From: a virus
Virus record (IMG/VR): IMGVR_UViG_3300041583_000345
Location: 32,001-96,000 of that record
Strand: one strand, 5' to 3'
Length of the DNA stretch: 64,000 nt
The position numbers and the translations under genes are program-made. The notes beneath the pieces were generated by a model, which was given only the letters and a program-made list of their open reading frames with translations, had not been told where the DNA came from and searched no databases. Within the stretch, counting starts at the first letter, position 1, and every line of letters starts with the position of its first letter. Of this stretch, positions 16,032 through 25,096 are shown piece after piece.

Positions 16032-16184
16032 TCAACTTATACTATTCCCGGATATGTATCTCGGCTGCTTATATTCATTATTGGCTAACATAAAATCTGT
16101 AATATCGCCACATACTGAACTCGCCCATATAATGGACTGTATCACTGTTTGTAAGAGTGAGTGTATGTTTGTAATAGTTTTCAT
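16032..16184 (-). CDS. 50-aa leader-like ORF between a promoter and a terminator
   Basis: MKTITNIHSLLQTVIQSIIWASSVCGDITDFMLANNEYKQPRYISGNSIS; below ORF-track cutoff. Confidence 0.4.
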   Translation of the reverse strand: MKTITNIHSLLQTVIQSIIWASSVCGDITDFMLANNEYKQPRYISGNSIS

Positions 16185-16203
16185 TGTTTCTTTTTATCTT
16201 TAA

Positions 16204-16234
16204 TAAATATACGAACTTTATCTTTTCAGTCCAA
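16204..16234 (-). promoter_or_regulatory. Bacteroidota-type promoter (TTG-N20-TATATTTA)
   Basis: Exact spacing match. Confidence 0.6.
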
Positions 16235-16252
16235 CTTTATTTTAAATGTTTT

Positions 16253-16780
16253 TTATATAGTAATTTTACCTTTCACACCAGGTACCATTTGTTTAATTTG
16301 TTCTTTAGAGTATTTTTTAGAAATGGGGGTGTTTTTTAAATAAAGATCACCTACTACTGTTAAATCTTGGGGGAGGGAGGTTATTGGGGTATTATTTAAA
16401 TAAAGATAACCTACTACTGTTAAACCTTGGGGGAGGGAGGTTATTGGAGTATTTTCTAAATCAAGAGAACCCCCTACTGTTAAGTCTTTAGGTAATGCGG
16501 TGATAGGAGTATATGATAAATAAAGATAACCTCCTACTGTTAAACCTTGAGGTAGCGAGGTGATTTTGCTCCCATATAAATCAAGATTACCTTTTACTTT
16601 TAAATCTTGAGGTAGGGAGGTTATTGGTGTACCTGCTAAATCAAGATCATTTTTACCCCCATCCTTCATATATTGTTGGATTTTCTTTTGCGTAGCAATT
16701 AAAAAGTTCTTAGTACGTTCTTCAGGGGAACGTCTAGGGACTAATATTTTATTTTCTAATATGTCTATTAATTTTATCAT
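16253..16780 (-). CDS. 20-aa LRR protein, paralog 4 (5 full + 1 partial repeats)
   Basis: Unit LxLxxTPITSLPQxLxVxGx; shared N- and C-caps. Confidence 0.85.
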   Translation of the reverse strand: MIKLIDILENKILVPRRSPEERTKNFLIATQKKIQQYMKDGGKNDLDLAGTPITSLPQDLKVKGNLDLYGSKITSLPQGLTVGGYLYLSYTPITALPKDLTVGGSLDLENTPITSLPQGLTVVGYLYLNNTPITSLPQDLTVVGDLYLKNTPISKKYSKEQIKQMVPGVKGKITI

Positions 16781-17247
16781 TATATAATAATTTCACCTTT
16801 CACACCAGGTACCATTTGTCTAATTTGTTCTTCATTATATTTTTTAGAGATGGGGGTATTTCTTAAATAAAGATTACGTCCTACTGTTAAACCTTGGGGG
16901 AGGGAGGTTATTTTAGTATTTCTTAAATCAAGATCATCTCCTACTGTTAAACCTTGTGGTAGGGAGGTTATTGGGGTACTATTTAAATTAAGATAACCCC
17001 CTACTGTTAAACCTTGAGGTAGGGAGGTTATTTTGCTCCCATATAAATAAAGAGAACCTCCTACTGTTAATCCTTGGGGGAGGGTGGTTATTGGTGTTCT
17101 TCCTAAATTAAGATCACCTTTACTTCCATCCTTCATGTATTGTTGGATCTTCTTTTGGGTAGCAATTATATAATTCTTAGAGCGTTCCTCAGGGGAGCGT
17201 CTAGGGACTAGTATTTTATTTTCTAATAGATCTATTAGTTTTATCAT
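16780..17247 (-). CDS. 20-aa LRR protein, paralog 3 (4 full + 1 partial)
   Basis: Same repeat unit and caps. Confidence 0.85.
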   Translation of the reverse strand: MIKLIDLLENKILVPRRSPEERSKNYIIATQKKIQQYMKDGSKGDLNLGRTPITTLPQGLTVGGSLYLYGSKITSLPQGLTVGGYLNLNSTPITSLPQGLTVGDDLDLRNTKITSLPQGLTVGRNLYLRNTPISKKYNEEQIRQMVPGVKGEIII

Positions 17248-17954
17248 TGTATATAAATTTCACCTTTTACTCCCGGTACCATTTGTTTAATTTGTTCTTT
17301 AGAGTATTTTTTAGAGATGGGGGTATCTCTTAAATCAAGATTACGTCCTACTTTTAAATTTTGAGGTAGGGTGGTTATTGGGGTATTAGTTAAATAAATA
17401 TTACTTCCTACTGTTAAACCTCGGGGTAATGAGGTTATTGGAGTATTCTGTAAATCAAGATAACCTCCTACTGTAAAACCTTGGGGTAGGGAGGTTATTA
17501 GAGTATACCTTAAACTAAGAGAACCTCCTACTGTTAAACCCTGTGGTAGGGAGGTTATTGGGGTACTATTTAAATTAAGATAACCTCCTACTGTTAAACC
17601 TTGGGGGAGGGAGGTTATTGGGGTATCTCTTAAATCAAGAGAACCTCCTACTTTTAAACCTTGAGGTAGGGAGGTTATTTTAGTCCCATGTAAATCAAGA
17701 AAACCTCCTACTGTTAAACCTTGAGGTAGGGAGGTTATTTTAGTATAAGATAAATCAAGATAACTTCCTACTGTTAAGCCTTGGGGTAGGGAGGTTATTG
17801 GGGTATTTTTTAAATCAAGATCACCTTTACTCCCATCCTTCATGTATTGTTGGATCTTCTTTTGGGTAGCAATTATATAATTCTTAGAACGTTCTTCTTT
17901 GGAACGTCTAGGGACTAGGATTTTATTTTCTAATATGTCTAATAGTTTAATCAT
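17244..17954 (-). CDS. 20-aa LRR protein, paralog 2 (8 full + 1 partial)
   Basis: Same repeat unit and caps. Confidence 0.85.
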   Translation of the reverse strand: MIKLLDILENKILVPRRSKEERSKNYIIATQKKIQQYMKDGSKGDLDLKNTPITSLPQGLTVGSYLDLSYTKITSLPQGLTVGGFLDLHGTKITSLPQGLKVGGSLDLRDTPITSLPQGLTVGGYLNLNSTPITSLPQGLTVGGSLSLRYTLITSLPQGFTVGGYLDLQNTPITSLPRGLTVGSNIYLTNTPITTLPQNLKVGRNLDLRDTPISKKYSKEQIKQMVPGVKGEIYIQ

Positions 17955-18703
17955 TATGAAATTCCTATTATATTAGTATATTCTTTTATATCGTTAGATG
18001 AAATTTGTTTATCTAACCCATCATACCCATCAATTTTCCCATTATCTAATACCGCCAAAGCAACAACTACTAAATTCTTCCAAGTTTTTGGAAATTTATC
18101 TTTAAGTTGATTTATCATTTGCTGTGACTTTACTTTAACATAGTAAAAAGTTACATTATTTGTATAGTAATAATCATTAAAGTGATCGGGGGCTTTGTAT
18201 GTTGTACACCATGAAGAATCTTTTCCACCATCCCCACAGTCTCTAAATGCAAATTGGGATAATCCAAGTTTACGAGATGCTTCGTGGGTGTGGGGGGACA
18301 TTATTAATAGGTCTGAATTCTCTAATACAGTATCGTAGTCGGATTCTAGATCTCTGGTAGATATATTTTCTCCTGAGTTGTTAATTTGGTCAACTTCATC
18401 TTGAAGGGCTTTAAAGGATTTAATTTGGTAAATATCTTTGGTTTTTGTTTTACCTTTTTCTGAGAGTGTATTGAACTCTTCAATGGTGTTTCTTAAATCA
18501 TCTATATCTGTAATTTGTTTTTCTGCCCATTGTTTTGCCATCCACCCTACATACTTACGTGTTGGGGAAGGGTCTATATCAGTTAATATTTTTAACTCCT
18601 CTTGGGTTAGTTTACCGGATTCAACATATTGTTTTGCCTGTCTTATGTTTTCTAATATTGAATGTTTATTTTCAATTAAGAGTTTTGAATAATTAAATTT
18701 CAT
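17954..18703 (-). CDS. hypothetical phage protein (DPS..KY..W / HEAS..LG..WCT motifs)
   Basis: 249-aa ORF inserted among LRR paralogs, translationally coupled. Confidence 0.7.
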   Translation of the reverse strand: MKFNYSKLLIENKHSILENIRQAKQYVESGKLTQEELKILTDIDPSPTRKYVGWMAKQWAEKQITDIDDLRNTIEEFNTLSEKGKTKTKDIYQIKSFKALQDEVDQINNSGENISTRDLESDYDTVLENSDLLIMSPHTHEASRKLGLSQFAFRDCGDGGKDSSWCTTYKAPDHFNDYYYTNNVTFYYVKVKSQQMINQLKDKFPKTWKNLVVVALAVLDNGKIDGYDGLDKQISSNDIKEYTNIIGIS

Positions 18704-18714
18704 ATTGTTGTGTT

Positions 18715-19362
18715 TTATATATAAATATTACCTTTAACATCAGGTACCATTTGTTTGATTTGTTCTTTACTATATTTTTTAGAGATGGGGGTCTTACTTA
18801 AATAAAGATAACCTCCTACTTTTAAATCTTGAGGTAGGGTGGTTATTGAGATATTTCTTAAATAAAGATCATCTCCTACTGTTAAACCTTGGGGTAGGGA
18901 GGTTATTAGAGTATTTTCTAAATCAAGAGAACCTCCTACTGTTAAACCTTGGGGTAGTGAGGTTATTGGAGTGTTTTTTAAATAAAGACTATCTCCTACT
19001 GTTAAACCTTGGGGGAGGGAGGTTATTTTAATCCCATGTAAATCAAGATAACCCCCTACTTTTAAATCTTGAGGGAGGGAGGTTATTGGGGTATCTCTTA
19101 AATTAAGGGCACCTCCTACTGTTAAGCCTTGGGGTAGGGAGGTTATTTTAGTATTTCTTAAATCAAGATAACCTCCTACTGTTAAACCTTGAGGGAGGGA
19201 GGTTATTGGGGTATTATCTAAATAAAGATTACCTTTACTCCCATCCTTCATATATTGTTGAATTTTCTTTTGCGTAGCAATTAAAAAGTTCTTAGAGCGT
19301 TCTTCTTTGGAACGTCTAGGGACTAAAATTTTATTTTCTAAGAGATCTATTAGTTTTATCAT
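18715..19362 (-). CDS. 20-aa LRR protein, paralog 1 (7 full + 1 partial)
   Basis: Same repeat unit and caps. Confidence 0.85.
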   Translation of the reverse strand: MIKLIDLLENKILVPRRSKEERSKNFLIATQKKIQQYMKDGSKGNLYLDNTPITSLPQGLTVGGYLDLRNTKITSLPQGLTVGGALNLRDTPITSLPQDLKVGGYLDLHGIKITSLPQGLTVGDSLYLKNTPITSLPQGLTVGGSLDLENTLITSLPQGLTVGDDLYLRNISITTLPQDLKVGGYLYLSKTPISKKYSKEQIKQMVPDVKGNIYI

Positions 19363-19531
19363 TAAATTGTTAATGCCCTCTACTTTTTATATGTAAGTTG
19401 ATTGAGGTGGTCCATATATAAATATGACTATTAGTTTTTATCTTGATATAGTAGCTGTACGATCAACCGTACAATTAAGTCACCATGTTAGACACTACTG
19501 TAAAAGATAATATGTGTAGGTAATTTCTCTA

Positions 19532-20389
19532 CTACTTACCGTGTTGAGCAAGGATTTGTTTTACGTGTGCTTCTGCTACTTCATATGCAACTACCCCACT
19601 TTCATCTTCATAAGTTACAGGGTCAGGTCTACCTAAAGCTATAAATGCTTCAATACGTTCTACTGAAGAAGCTGATTTGTAGTCGCTATTACCACTTGGG
19701 TAGGGTTTGTAAGAGGTGTTTGTGCGTTTGTAAACTTCATCAAATTCTAGTCCTAGTTCTTTACATAATAATTCTCCGTCTTGTAAAATTGTAAATTTAT
19801 TTCCTTTTAAATAAGGAGTAAAATAACCTACTCGTTCAGCATCCCAATTACCTTCTCTGAAGGCTTTGTCATCTGCATCTCTAAACTCCTGTCTGCAGTC
19901 TGGATAAACTGAAAAGTCTCCCGCATGAATTCCTAAAGCAATATCACAGTTTTCTCCTGTACGGTTTGCTATCGATAATGCCACTGCTTGGGTAATAGAA
20001 GCAAATATTTTATTACGGTTAGGAACAACAGTTTCTTTCATGTTGCTATTTTCATAATGTCCCTCCGGTACATCTTTACCTCCTTCTACTAAAGCTGAAT
20101 CTAGTAAGTCTGCTAATCCGTCTAGTTTAATTTGACGGTAATTAATTGTATTGTAGTTTAACCCCACAATTGTGATTGTCCCTAATTGATCCTGTTCTAT
20201 TCTTTCTACATTACCATTTAGATAGTTAACTAATGATTGAGCTCTTTCTAACTCTACTCTGTGTTTTTGACCGTAGTCGAATGAAATACCTGTTACAGTA
20301 TCATATTCTTTTAATGCTCTAAGTAGTAAAGTGCTACTATCCATTCCTCCTGAAAGGCTAACCACGCAATGTTTTTTTGTTTTACTCAT
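19532..20389 (-). CDS. queC: 7-cyano-7-deazaguanine (preQ0) synthase, Zn-site Cys replaced
   Basis: SLSGGMDSST, FDYGQKH, VVPNRN, GIHAGD..YPDCR. Confidence 0.92.
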   Translation of the reverse strand: MSKTKKHCVVSLSGGMDSSTLLLRALKEYDTVTGISFDYGQKHRVELERAQSLVNYLNGNVERIEQDQLGTITIVGLNYNTINYRQIKLDGLADLLDSALVEGGKDVPEGHYENSNMKETVVPNRNKIFASITQAVALSIANRTGENCDIALGIHAGDFSVYPDCRQEFRDADDKAFREGNWDAERVGYFTPYLKGNKFTILQDGELLCKELGLEFDEVYKRTNTSYKPYPSGNSDYKSASSVERIEAFIALGRPDPVTYEDESGVVAYEVAEAHVKQILAQHGK

Positions 20390-20450
20390 TTTATTTAAAT
20401 TTATAACTGCCAGGTATTATTAAACGTATAGGCGAACGCTTCTTTATTTT

Positions 20451-20759
20451 CTATCCCTCAATGGTTGTCATTGACAACATCTCTTTTTGAATATCTTCCC
20501 AACGATCTGTATACTCTTTAAGAGTATAGCTTTTACTTTCCCCATTATTTAGTTTTTCGTTAGCCACTACTTTTAAAGCATGGTTAAAATTAGACGGATA
20601 ACATACGGTTTTAATATACTCTGTACTTTTTTCTCCTTTAGTAACTCTTTCGTATACTGTATAACCTCCTGATTGAGATTTAGCAATAAAGAAAGGTTCC
20701 ATTACTAGGTCTTGAATAAGTGTATCCCCGGCAGGGATTGAATTAGGTTTTCTTAACAT
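20451..20759 (-). CDS. hypothetical protein
   Basis: 102-aa ORF in operon. Confidence 0.65.
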   Translation of the reverse strand: MLRKPNSIPAGDTLIQDLVMEPFFIAKSQSGGYTVYERVTKGEKSTEYIKTVCYPSNFNHALKVVANEKLNNGESKSYTLKEYTDRWEDIQKEMLSMTTIEG

Positions 20760-20795
20760 ATCTATAGTTTTTATTTATATTATTGTACGGATTTT

Positions 20796-21056
20796 TTAGC
20801 TGAGTATTAATTCTTTTAGGTCTTCTTTTGATAGAACCCCCACTTTTGTTAGTCTTGTTCCGTCCTCTCTAATCAATACGGTATGGGGTATGTTTCTAAC
20901 TCTATATTTGGCTGCTAAACCATTAGTATCTGTTTCAATATCTACGGTTGTAAATTTTACTTGTCCTTTATATTCTTTTGCAACACTGTCAAAGATTGGT
21001 GCGTATGTTTTACAGGGTGCACACCAGGTGGCCCAGAACTTAATTATTTCCTTCAT
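20796..21056 (-). CDS. trxA: thioredoxin
   Basis: FWATWCAPCK active site, cis-Pro NIPH. Confidence 0.9.
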   Translation of the reverse strand: MKEIIKFWATWCAPCKTYAPIFDSVAKEYKGQVKFTTVDIETDTNGLAAKYRVRNIPHTVLIREDGTRLTKVGVLSKEDLKELILS

Positions 21057-21196
21057 TATCTCTTAACTTTATTATAGGTGTCTGCTTTTGAAAATCTTTG
21101 AATAGAAGGTGTTACTGTTGAGTAGGTAGTTTTTTGTTTCCTAACTTCTAACCATTCCATTAACTGTGTGTATGTCTGTTTTGATGAGTTTGCCAT
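21056..21196 (-). CDS. 46-aa hypothetical protein
   Basis: MANSSKQTYTQLMEWL...; TAATG-coupled to trx and preceded by promoter at 21222-21252. Confidence 0.5.
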   Translation of the reverse strand: MANSSKQTYTQLMEWLEVRKQKTTYSTVTPSIQRFSKADTYNKVKR

Positions 21197-21630
21197 ATTC
21201 TGTAGGTTATTTTTATATATTTTAAGATACGAACTATTACGTGTATTTACAACTGTTTTACTCTGTACTTCTTTAGAGAATTTTATTTATTTCGTAAAAA
21301 TAGTAATCCTCTCTAAACAGTATATTTTAATTTAAATCCTCAATACCCAAGTATATAAAATCTAACTCACACCCCTCTCCTACTTGTTTATTAATTTCTT
21401 CCCAATTTTTGGACCAGTCTAAGTTAAGTGAGAAGGTTTTTGATTTGTGGGTCCTCCACTCTTTATCGGATTCTAGAGTGGTGGGTGGATTTATGCCTTT
21501 CACAATATTGGGGTGTAGTATTCTATTGGAAAAATCAATACCTGCATTTATATGTTTTTTTCTTGGCTTTACAAGATATAATGGCTAGTCTTTTCATTCT
21601 ATTTATAATAATCTTTCACTCATAACTATA

Positions 21631-22494
21631 TTAAATTAAAGGAAAAATGTCGTAGCCGTATTCTTCTATCCAATCGTATATACTACGTTTATTACCTAAT
21701 TGATACTTATGCTCTAAAAACGTTGAATTTTGTTTATGTAGCTTACTTAATATACGTTCCCTAGTATCGATATCAAAATTAAATGTGGGTTGTTTTATAG
21801 ATTTTCTCTGTGAATGGTCATACAGATGATATATGGGAGTATCCTTATAATTTACTACATCATATCCGTTTGTGTAGGAGCGTAATGTCATATCTAATTC
21901 TTCGAATTGCCAACCGGCATATGGATCGTAACCTACATTTGCTAACCAGTATATGTCGCTGATGTGATACCCACCGGCACCTAATGATCTATAGTAATCG
22001 CCTTTGTTTTCGATTGCTTCAGCGGTGAATCTAAATTTATAATTACAATGAATGTCACTTTTTAAAACGTTTACCATATGTTGGTTGTGCTTGCTATAAG
22101 TATCTACACCATCTTTTGAAGTATACACTTTAGGGTAACAGGTAATTAAGCAATCCCCATCGTAATTATCAACAGCGTCTACCATTATTTTATCCCACCC
22201 CTTATCAAACCTAGTATGAGCATCTATACATAAGTAGTATTTGTGGGATGGTTTTATATATAAATGAGCGTGTGCCCTAACTTGAGTTACGTTTCGTGTT
22301 TTATCTTCTCTTACGTTTATTAATGTTACATTATCTGGGAATTGTGATTGTTGCCACATATCTTCTTCGAAGTCCTGATTATATATTACTATGTCTAAAT
22401 TATTTGGTTCGTTGGCTTTGTCTAATAAATCGTTTACCGTATTAAGTAAGTCATTGTCTAATCGACAAGCTATAAAAACTAATATTGTTTCCAT
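21631..22494 (-). CDS. GT60/Gnt1-like GlcNAc transferase
   Basis: YYLCIDAHTRFDKGWD, LITCYP, FEELDMTLRSYTNGYDV, IYHLY. Confidence 0.75.
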   Translation of the reverse strand: METILVFIACRLDNDLLNTVNDLLDKANEPNNLDIVIYNQDFEEDMWQQSQFPDNVTLINVREDKTRNVTQVRAHAHLYIKPSHKYYLCIDAHTRFDKGWDKIMVDAVDNYDGDCLITCYPKVYTSKDGVDTYSKHNQHMVNVLKSDIHCNYKFRFTAEAIENKGDYYRSLGAGGYHISDIYWLANVGYDPYAGWQFEELDMTLRSYTNGYDVVNYKDTPIYHLYDHSQRKSIKQPTFNFDIDTRERILSKLHKQNSTFLEHKYQLGNKRSIYDWIEEYGYDIFPLI

Positions 22495-23291
22495 TCTGTA
22501 ATTGACTTGTAAAATTTGTTATTAGGAAAATTATCCCATTTTATTTCGTGAAATTTATTTTTATTGAATAGGGGGTCGCAACTATAATGTGCTATGTGGT
22601 GTGATTCTTTTAATTCATTTATGTTTGGGTAATAACAATTTTTACCGTCTACCATTTTAATTTTACTATTGTGACATGCCACGTTAAGCCCATACATTAA
22701 AGCCCACCAGCTATGGCTAGTATTAGGATATTCGTCACTGACTTTGATTGATGTTTCTACTGCTTCGTGGTAGATTTTGTCAAATACTTTTTTCTTTAGT
22801 ATGACATTAAAACCTCCATTCATGTACTGATAATCATTGTGGTGTAAGTATTTGTGAATAATATTTCTATTGTCGCTGTTTACTTTTAAATGCCAATTTT
22901 CGTATGTAGCGTCTACAACTACTTCGTTATCACTAGGAAGGTAACCATCATATTTTTTTAAATGAAATAAATCAGCATCTATTATTTCTAGGTATTCTTC
23001 ATCATCTACATCTCTTGTAACTTGGTAAGCTGCTGTGAATACATTATTAACTATATATCGAGGTTCAGTAAAGTTAAGCATATCTAAAACGCTATCTACT
23101 AGTTTATGTGGTAGGCGTAGCCCCCAATCTAATTCCGTTGTTATTGCGTCGCTTTTATAATTGCGATTTACGATAGGAATTATAGCTTTACTATGAGCAT
23201 CTTCTCCGTACACTTTAAAATGGTTAAATTCGAATAAACTTATTTGCCACTTAAAATGATTTGTTGCTACAGCACAAGGAATACTAATCAT
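22479..23291 (-). CDS. glycosyltransferase, HPAT/SERGT (GT95/96)-like
   Basis: IIDADLFHLK (DxD), WWALMYGLNVAC, HIAHYS. Confidence 0.55.
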   Translation of the reverse strand: MISIPCAVATNHFKWQISLFEFNHFKVYGEDAHSKAIIPIVNRNYKSDAITTELDWGLRLPHKLVDSVLDMLNFTEPRYIVNNVFTAAYQVTRDVDDEEYLEIIDADLFHLKKYDGYLPSDNEVVVDATYENWHLKVNSDNRNIIHKYLHHNDYQYMNGGFNVILKKKVFDKIYHEAVETSIKVSDEYPNTSHSWWALMYGLNVACHNSKIKMVDGKNCYYPNINELKESHHIAHYSCDPLFNKNKFHEIKWDNFPNNKFYKSITEWKQY

Positions 23292-24483
23292 TAATGTAAG
23301 AGTAGTTTTTTAACTTGTAGTGGACATAAAAATTAACATAGTCTTTACCTTCAAATGGTTTTATTCTACCATGCTCACATACTGCTGATTCGTAAAATAC
23401 CATATCTTGTGGTTCGAAGAATATTTCATTTGTTTCGCCGTCATGTCCTTTTATTTGTAGTGCCCAGTCATCACCGAATTCTTTATAGCCGCATCCGCAA
23501 CGTAAATCTTTTGACATCATTATTATAGCACTAATTTGGTGTGTTTCAATTCTATCAGTATGTAAGATTAAACTACTATTTTTATGGTAATTTCTAAACC
23601 CATATATGAATGTTTTTTCTAATTCTTCACCACACCAAGCTTCTAATTTAGGTAATAAGTAATCGTGTATCTTATTTGTTAAATTAGGTATTTCCCATAT
23701 GGGATAAATTGTTGATGAACCGGGTTGAGTATTATCTTTACCGGCATATTCCTCTTTATAACTTTTATCGGCTACACTTATTATTCCTTCAACACAGTCA
23801 TTAAATAGTTTATCATCAAATTTAAATACTTCGAAACCATTTTTTGTTAATTTAGGGAAATCTAATGCTGATGAAAATGTGTGGGATTTTTTAACCATAT
23901 GTTCTTGTGCTAATCTATTGTCTTCTGCGCCGTTCCAATCATTTTCTCTAATCCAAGCAGTAATAATATATTTTTTTCCTTTTATTATGGGTTTACCGGC
24001 ATGTAATACATCATTATTTACTTTACCGTCTATCATGTTATTCCATAGTAAAGCTTTACCTTTAGTAGGTTTAAACGATTGTTTTAAAATAGAAAATTCT
24101 GTTTCACCACCTTCCAAACCATCATTTAAGTAAATCATTAGTGTTTGCGTTCGATTACCTGATGATAAGCAGTGCTGATTATAATGTTCGCCTAAAAAGA
24201 AGTCATAGTGGGGTTTAAATTCCTGCCCTACTTTATATAATTGTCCTTGTAATGCTTCTATTTTGGCTGTTCTAATTCCTAAAGTATTTGCTATTTTTTT
24301 ACTTAGTCTTAACACTACATCATTATCAGCAGGTAAATTACAAGTGGTTGAAGTTCTTGAACTATCAACTACAGCTTTTTTTGTAGCATCAGCTACAGTG
24401 GAAGGTTGATTATTTGCCTTTATTAATTTAATTAAAGCATCACAATCTTGTGTATTTAAAAAATCGTTTAATTCTATAATCAT
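23284..24483 (-). CDS. prolyl 4-hydroxylase-like 2OG-Fe(II) oxygenase, two tandem domains
   Basis: Domain 1: YKVGQEFKPHYD, RTQTLMIYLN, GGETEF, HAGKP, KYIITAWIR; domain 2: LHTD...EHGR. Confidence 0.85.
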   Translation of the reverse strand: MIIELNDFLNTQDCDALIKLIKANNQPSTVADATKKAVVDSSRTSTTCNLPADNDVVLRLSKKIANTLGIRTAKIEALQGQLYKVGQEFKPHYDFFLGEHYNQHCLSSGNRTQTLMIYLNDGLEGGETEFSILKQSFKPTKGKALLWNNMIDGKVNNDVLHAGKPIIKGKKYIITAWIRENDWNGAEDNRLAQEHMVKKSHTFSSALDFPKLTKNGFEVFKFDDKLFNDCVEGIISVADKSYKEEYAGKDNTQPGSSTIYPIWEIPNLTNKIHDYLLPKLEAWCGEELEKTFIYGFRNYHKNSSLILHTDRIETHQISAIIMMSKDLRCGCGYKEFGDDWALQIKGHDGETNEIFFEPQDMVFYESAVCEHGRIKPFEGKDYVNFYVHYKLKNYSYIND

Positions 24484-24544
24484 TTAGTAAGATTTATGTA
24501 TTACTGTAGGGTAGTCTATGCTTTAAAAATTTCTTCTATTTTAT

Positions 24545-24640
24545 TCATAACTTCTTTAAAATCCACCTATCACATGATAAACAGTCTTCTGATGTTCTTG
24601 ATCCTATATCTATTCCTGTTACTGTAATAATTTTTGGCAT
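24545..24640 (-). other. 31-codon ORF containing a duplicate of the NrdA C-terminal CxxC tail
   Basis: MPKIITVTGI-DIGSRTSEDCLSCD-RWILKKL; 24569-24610 matches 25103-25144 with only synonymous changes. Confidence 0.6.
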
Positions 24641-24652
24641 AGGTATAACTAG

Positions 24653-25081
24653 TTACTTAACTGTGTTTGCTTTTACTCTAACTTCATGCCACTTTACTCT
24701 ACCGTCTTCTACCGCTTTTTTTATGTTTTTTTGATGGCCATTCAAAAAAGCTGTCCCACTTTTTACCTCAATGAGATGAACAGTAGTTGTTTCTGGTTTA
24801 TCCAAATCTGTAAAGCCTAAAAAATCAATAGGTTTACCTAAATGATGAGTATTTTCCGGAGGTATAGGGAAAACATCCATAAAGGGTACAAAATTCTCAA
24901 TAGTTAATCCCCACTGCACAGAACCTGATCTTTTTTTAGCATCAGCAGATATTTTGCTTTTCTGTTTATCAAACGATACTTGCTGCTGTATTAATTCTCT
25001 CTTAAGTTTTTTTACTTGTATTATAAGGAATACTACTACACCTAATAGTGCAGCAGATACCAGTATATATAGTATATACAT
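24653..25081 (-). CDS. Holliday-junction-resolvase-like PD-(D/E)XK endonuclease with N-terminal TM helix
   Basis: ENFVPF, GKPIDFLGF, LIEVKSG, AVEDGRVKW. Confidence 0.75.
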   Translation of the reverse strand: MYILYILVSAALLGVVVFLIIQVKKLKRELIQQQVSFDKQKSKISADAKKRSGSVQWGLTIENFVPFMDVFPIPPENTHHLGKPIDFLGFTDLDKPETTTVHLIEVKSGTAFLNGHQKNIKKAVEDGRVKWHEVRVKANTVK

Positions 25082-25096
25082 ACTAATTAATTTAGT

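Larger units (their letters stand above)
16253..19362 (-). repeat. 60-bp tandem repeat arrays within four paralogous genes
   Basis: Units such as GGTAGGGAGGTTATT...AAATCAAGA..CCTCCTACTGTTAAACCTTG align at exact 60-nt period. Confidence 0.95.

Noticed and set aside
16253-19362. CRISPR array or diversity-generating retroelement
   Set aside because: Repeats are in-frame 60-bp coding units without unique spacers; no reverse transcriptase or non-coding template repeat in the window, and variation is not confined to adenines
19363-19531. Expected dpdA position downstream of queC
   Set aside because: Only about 170 bp of non-coding DNA with a small hairpin and a late motif; no TGT-like ORF or remnant recognisable
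21330-21597. Possible remnant of a DUF6884-like gene (MKRLAIISCKAKKKTYKC then stop)
   Set aside because: Only about 18 recognisable residues; downstream frame cannot be assigned without a search
24490-24548. MNKIEEIFKA* mini-ORF after the nrdA-tail duplicate
   Set aside because: Ten codons ending in TAG; likely decayed, too short to call
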